Of a stretch of 64,000 nt of DNA, positions 59,132 to 64,000 are shown one piece after another. This stretch comes from Paraspadella gotoi (taxonomy: Eukaryota > Animalia > Chaetognatha), in contig CM119263.1 in assembly GCA_051294375.1 (NCBI GenBank), positions 24,594,688 through 24,658,687 of the forward strand, given 5' to 3'. Each line of letters starts with the position of its first letter. Positions within the stretch are counted from its first letter, which is position 1. Both the position numbers and the translations under genes were made by a program. The notes below the pieces were generated by a model. That model saw only the letters and a program-made list of their open reading frames with translations. It did no database searches and was not told the origin of the DNA.

Positions 59132-62100
59132 ATGAAACCTAATATGCCTTTTACACGAGTCTTCATAGTTTATCTTCTGTCATCGATTATATCTGTGGTA
59201 AGTGAAGAACAATGCGATTTAAATTTTTGATTGTATGTAAAATCTGTGCGGTTTTTTAGTCGGATCTGCTTGTCAGCAGATCCCGACTCTATTATCCACT
59301 TTGTCGGTCCGTTGGTCCCCCCCTTAATCTTGTCGGGCACTCACTTTATTCATTTCAAAACATCGAATTATGATAACTTATGCAAAAATCAAACAATGTC
59401 CGGCCGTCCGTCTGAAGGTCCGTCCCAGTTTAAATGGAAAAAACATAAGTCACATTTATTTGATTTTTTAAAAGTTTTTCTCTCTCTGATTGATTGATTG
59501 TTAATTTGGTTAAATGATTGATTGATAAATTTTTTTAAATTGATTTATTGAAAAATCTGTCATGATTTAATTGGTTATGATCTAGTTATGATTAGTTATG
59601 TTTCTCTCTTTATTTATTCATGAATTTTCTTGTCACATTCATCCAACATCATTGTATCAATGATCGATTATCATCATGTCAATGATTGATTATTATCGTA
59701 TCTACTATTATCACATCAATAAATCGTTATCATTGTATCGATAACATCGCATTAATAATTTGGAATCAACAATCAGGAAGTGTAGATTGGGAAGTGATGA
59801 TCAGGAAGTGACCATAAGGAAAAAACGATCTTGAATTGACTTTTTTTTCATGAATTTATTTTTAAAATATTTTTGCTGGTAAGATCACTATACCATAATT
59901 ATTTTTGTTTTATGTTATGATCTGTTGTAATATGTGATGATCAGCAATTAAAAGACTCATCATGACTTACCTTGTTCGCTGCTTACCGCTAAATTATCGT
60001 AGGCATATCCGACATTGTTCTATTTTATGATTACTCTAACTTGATTAAAAATAATGATAAATAATGAAAAAAAGCTGGTTATGACTAATGTTTATAGTAG
60101 TTTAGAAAATACTAGTTTTGTTCGTGTGTAATTTTCTGAAAGAATGATTTTGTTGAAATAAGGTTTATATAAACTTTTACGGGCTAAATTGTACATTCGC
60201 CGACCGGGATTTTTCGATCGGTATTTGTTTTTCGCTTCTTATGAGCGACGCATTGAAATTTCGTTATACAATAAAGAAAAAGGAATACAGTCAATACTGG
60301 TAAGAGCAGAAAGACTTGTAATTAAAAATTTTTAAAACTGTCCTTAATCATCCCTACATTAACCTTAACCTCCCTTAACCCTCACCAATTAACGAAGAAC
60401 GTACAAAATTTTTTTTCAAAAATTTTCTCTTGCAAATTAACTAAGAATGTACGAAAAAAGTACCAATTTTAAATAAAACTTGTTACGTTACTTAATACTT
60501 ACCTAATACTAAATATGCAAAAATAGCTTTTTTTCAATTAACGAAAATGTAAACAAGTTTGAGCAAACAATGTCGGATCTGCCACGATCATTAGCGGTAA
60601 TTATTTAATTAATTAATTTGATCCAAAATGTTTGTTTATAGTTCTTTTTGTCACTGATCGTGACAAAAGCAACGATGACAATGATGATGACGACAATAAT
60701 GCCGATAATGATTGACTTGATTGATTTAGTAAATAATTAATTAATAAATAAATTGATTGATTGAATAATGAATTAATAGATAAATTGATTTATTGAAAAA
60801 TATATATTTATTGATTGATTAATTATTGATTAATTAATACTTCTTGCATTTACATTTAATATAAAAAGAAAAAGAAGCATAATCAATTAGTAAAACAGGT
60901 TTTTTGTTTTTTTCCATTTAAACTCATTTCCACTCAAACAATTCCATCGAAATTTAATTTCTAGCCTAATCACACACTTTCCTACCCACGTAAAAAAATT
61001 CAAGTCAATTGCCCCATCCACTCTCAAGTAATTGGCGTACAAATAGTGAAATATATTTTTTTGTTTTTTCCATTTAACCTAATTTCCACTCTCACGATTC
61101 CATTGAAACTTCATATCCAGCTCAATCACACACTTCCCTACACAAAATTTCATTCCAATCCATCCATCCAATCAAGAGTAAATGGAGTTTTTTGCTAAGG
61201 GGGGACGGACATAATTTATCATAATTTGATGTTCTGATATGATCTCAGCGAATGCCCGACAAGATTGGGGGGGTGGACCGACAGACCGACAAAGTGGATT
61301 ATAGAGTCGTAATCTGCGTTAAGCAGATCCGACTAAAATAATGAAGAAACGAAAAAATTTAAATGAAACTGAAACTGGTGGTAGCTAAGATTGGTTACAA
61401 TCAGACTCTAAGACAATGGAATCTGAACTTAAATTACGATCATATCTTATGATCACATTGACTTGTATGAAGCTTTCATTATTTAATAAAACGGTAGGCT
61501 ATAATATATATAATAAAATATGGTAAGACATGATTTCTTCAATGATTATCAATCTAATCTTAATAACTGCCTAAGTTTTTAAAAAAGTATGTACGAATTT
61601 TCACAATACAAAAACTTTTAAAGATCGAATTCCCTATATTTATATTGGTCTCTTTTACTTACACAATGCTTTTTAGGCAAGACACCGCAATATCTGTTTC
61701 CTTTTTTTTCTCATACACTTTCTCTTATTCTTTCTCATTACCCTTCTTCTTCACTGGTTTTTTTTTTAACCCTCTTTCCTCCCTTTCATCTCACGACTTC
61801 ACTTACCATTTTTTACCCCTACCTTTCCCTGCTACTCTTTCACTTTCCTTATATTTTTTTCTCTTTTCTTGTTCCCTTTCTTTCCCTTTCTTTTTCTTTC
61901 ATTTTTTTCCCCACCTTTCCCGCCTTCTCTTTTTCCTTTTTTTCCATCATTCTCTCTCATCTTCCCCTTCTCCCTTTCCTCTTCCCTCTCCTTTTCTCCA
62001 TCATTCTCTCTCATCTTCCCCTTTTCCATATCCTCTACCCTCCCCTTTGCCTTTTTCCTTTTTTTCTCCTCATTCTCTCTCATCTTCCCCTTCTCCCTTT

Positions 62101-63880
62101 CCTTTTCCCTGTCACTTATTTTTTACGTTTATATTGAGCCACATCAATGAAAATCCTTAAGATGCATTATAATAAAGATGCCTAGCAGATTTAATAAATC
62201 GACACAATATTGCCGAAAATTCATTCGCAAAATCTTGTCGATTCTGAGAAAAACATGTCCTGACGCTTTCCATTAGATTAAAATGATGCGGTTTTTTTTT
62301 CGTTTTATCTGTTCATCTTTTAAAACTAATGAGTTGAAAATATTCTTTTTATAAAAGATGAATCAATCCCTAGTTCGCCCCTATTTCTGTTGTGGTACAA
62401 AGTTATATTTAAGTGGATTTTTGTTATATCTTATCTTTCGATATTTTCAGTCATTTGCCGAAAATAAATGTTCATGGTATGGGTCATGCGGAGATTCTCC
62501 AGTGCCTTGTAAATACGACGGGCCTCCTAAAGTAAGGTCAACTTGAACAATTGTCCATAAATTTGCTAAATGATAATTTTTTCCCCCTTTTTATAATATT
62601 TTTTTTATTAAGGAACTGAATGACATCAAAGCAACTAACGTTTTGAACAAGTTGTGCGGTGATGTTTTTTCTTATTCACTCAAGCCTTCTATCTACACAA
62701 ACGGTAAGACTTTTTATCTCGAAACTGTTAAACTGCCTGAATACAATTTTATATAAACTGAATGAAAGTTTAACAAAGAAGACAGCTTTGATTTTAATGA
62801 ATTTAAGTCCTCTGCCTTGGAGAACTCTGTGAAATGATTGTGAATTTGTGTCACTGGATGGTGGATGTAAAAAATTAATTCATTTTTAATAATAGTGCTT
62901 TTGAAATTTTTGATAAAAATAATTAAAACTATCATTAACATCATTCAATGAATTAATCTGATTTTTATAATTTTAATTGATAAAAAAATGATGTAATATT
63001 TTCTTTTATTCATATTTTTGAGTTTCAAATTATAATTTAATAAAAAGATATGAACTAAAATGTACAAAAAGTGTAAATATAAAATTGGGTGTGTGCAGAC
63101 CAAATAGTAAAAAATGAAAAAAGTTTGAAAAAATGACCGAATTACATAGTAAAAAAAAAAAAATTCAATCATACCGGTTTTAATCAGTTTAAGCGATTCA
63201 CAATGCTGAAGTTCCTGGGTTTCATTTTAGCAACTTCTGGATCCCTATTCTGTTGCGACGCTTCACAAGTTTACACGCTGGAAAAAAATTTAAGAATCGC
63301 CCAGACGAATCTCCGGCGATGCCCGGCTTGCCTCAAAAATTTTCAGCGCTTTTATTGTCACATGACATGCAGTCCAAATCAGGCAGATTTTATGTATGTT
63401 ACGCGAGAATGTAAGTCCTTTTTATTTATTACGTGGTATTATTTTACCATAAACAAGCGTTTTTTTAATCGGTAATTGTCCACCAGCGGGGAACCAAACT
63501 AGTGAAGTCGCTGTCGCTGTAGCCAAAAATGTCGCGGAGGATCTCTACGAGAATTGCAAGGATGTGCAATTTCCCAGTAACAATCAAAAGGCTATATCCT
63601 TGTTTTGTGGCACAAGCGCTGGAGCGGAATGCGATCCACAGAAGTAAATATCGAGGTTGAATCATGCGACTGTAATTTAGATATTAATTATAATAATAAT
63701 TGTTAATTTTGTTTAGGTTGCTCGATTATCAAGGGTCGACCTCGAACGGTTATGCCCCCTTCGATATAAAGTTCTATTTGACAAATACTCCGCAAGAGGT
63801 CTTTAAAAAAGATAAATACGGAAAAAAAGGAACTATTTTTCCGGATAGTTTTAACTTGACCTCGTCTCAATGTGACGTTG
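59132..63880 (+). CDS. NPC1: Niemann-Pick C1-like sterol transporter, 5' part (continues beyond the window)
   Basis: Signal-peptide exon 59132-59197, then the NPC1 N-terminal domain CSWYGSCG...PCKYDGPPK, CCDASQV...RCPACLKNFQRFYCHMTCSPNQADF, LYENCKDVQFPSNNQKAISLFCG, NGYAPFDIKF. Confidence 0.93.
59256..60020 (+). mobile_element. DINE-1/HINE-like element in NPC1 intron 1
   Basis: TTAGTCGGATCTGCTTGTCAGCAGATCCCGAC start, GTCCGGCCGTCCGTCTG repeats, 3' GGCATATCCGACATTGTT. Confidence 0.65.
60553..61336 (-). mobile_element. DINE-1/HINE-like element in NPC1 intron 1, opposite orientation
   Basis: Reverse-complement homology to 33601-34384, including both termini. Confidence 0.75.
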
Positions 63881-64000
63881 GTAAGATCTTCTGTGGGCAA
63901 CTAACTTAGTGTATGCTCATAATATCCTCCTTTCGTGATAGGCAAAAATTTTATCCCTAAAATTATTTTTAGTTTTTAATGTTGAAAATAAAAGTTTAAC

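Overview
Draft-assembly window from an invertebrate animal genome, with short GT-AG introns, several N gaps and no prokaryotic features. The first ~18 kb holds an NK1/slouch homeobox gene (minus strand, 5 exons, ~10 kb intron) rich in (GA)n/(CT)n microsatellites. A compact gene-dense block follows: a CFAP210-like coiled-coil gene, a C2H2 zinc-finger gene, an intronless histone H3.3 with a replication-dependent-type 3' stem-loop, a TEX14-like ankyrin/pseudokinase, a divergent long-tailed Rab, selenoprotein O (in-frame UGA plus a clear SECIS) with a truncated TDRD12-like Tudor gene nested antisense in one intron, an Otu/OTUD4-like OTU-Tudor gene whose catalytic Cys is Ser, and the 5' part of NPC1. 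Repeats include DINE-1/HINE-like elements, a tRNA-derived SINE and several TIR elements. Two near-identical duplications next to gaps are probably assembly artefacts. Family assignments come from motif recognition by eye, not from database searches.
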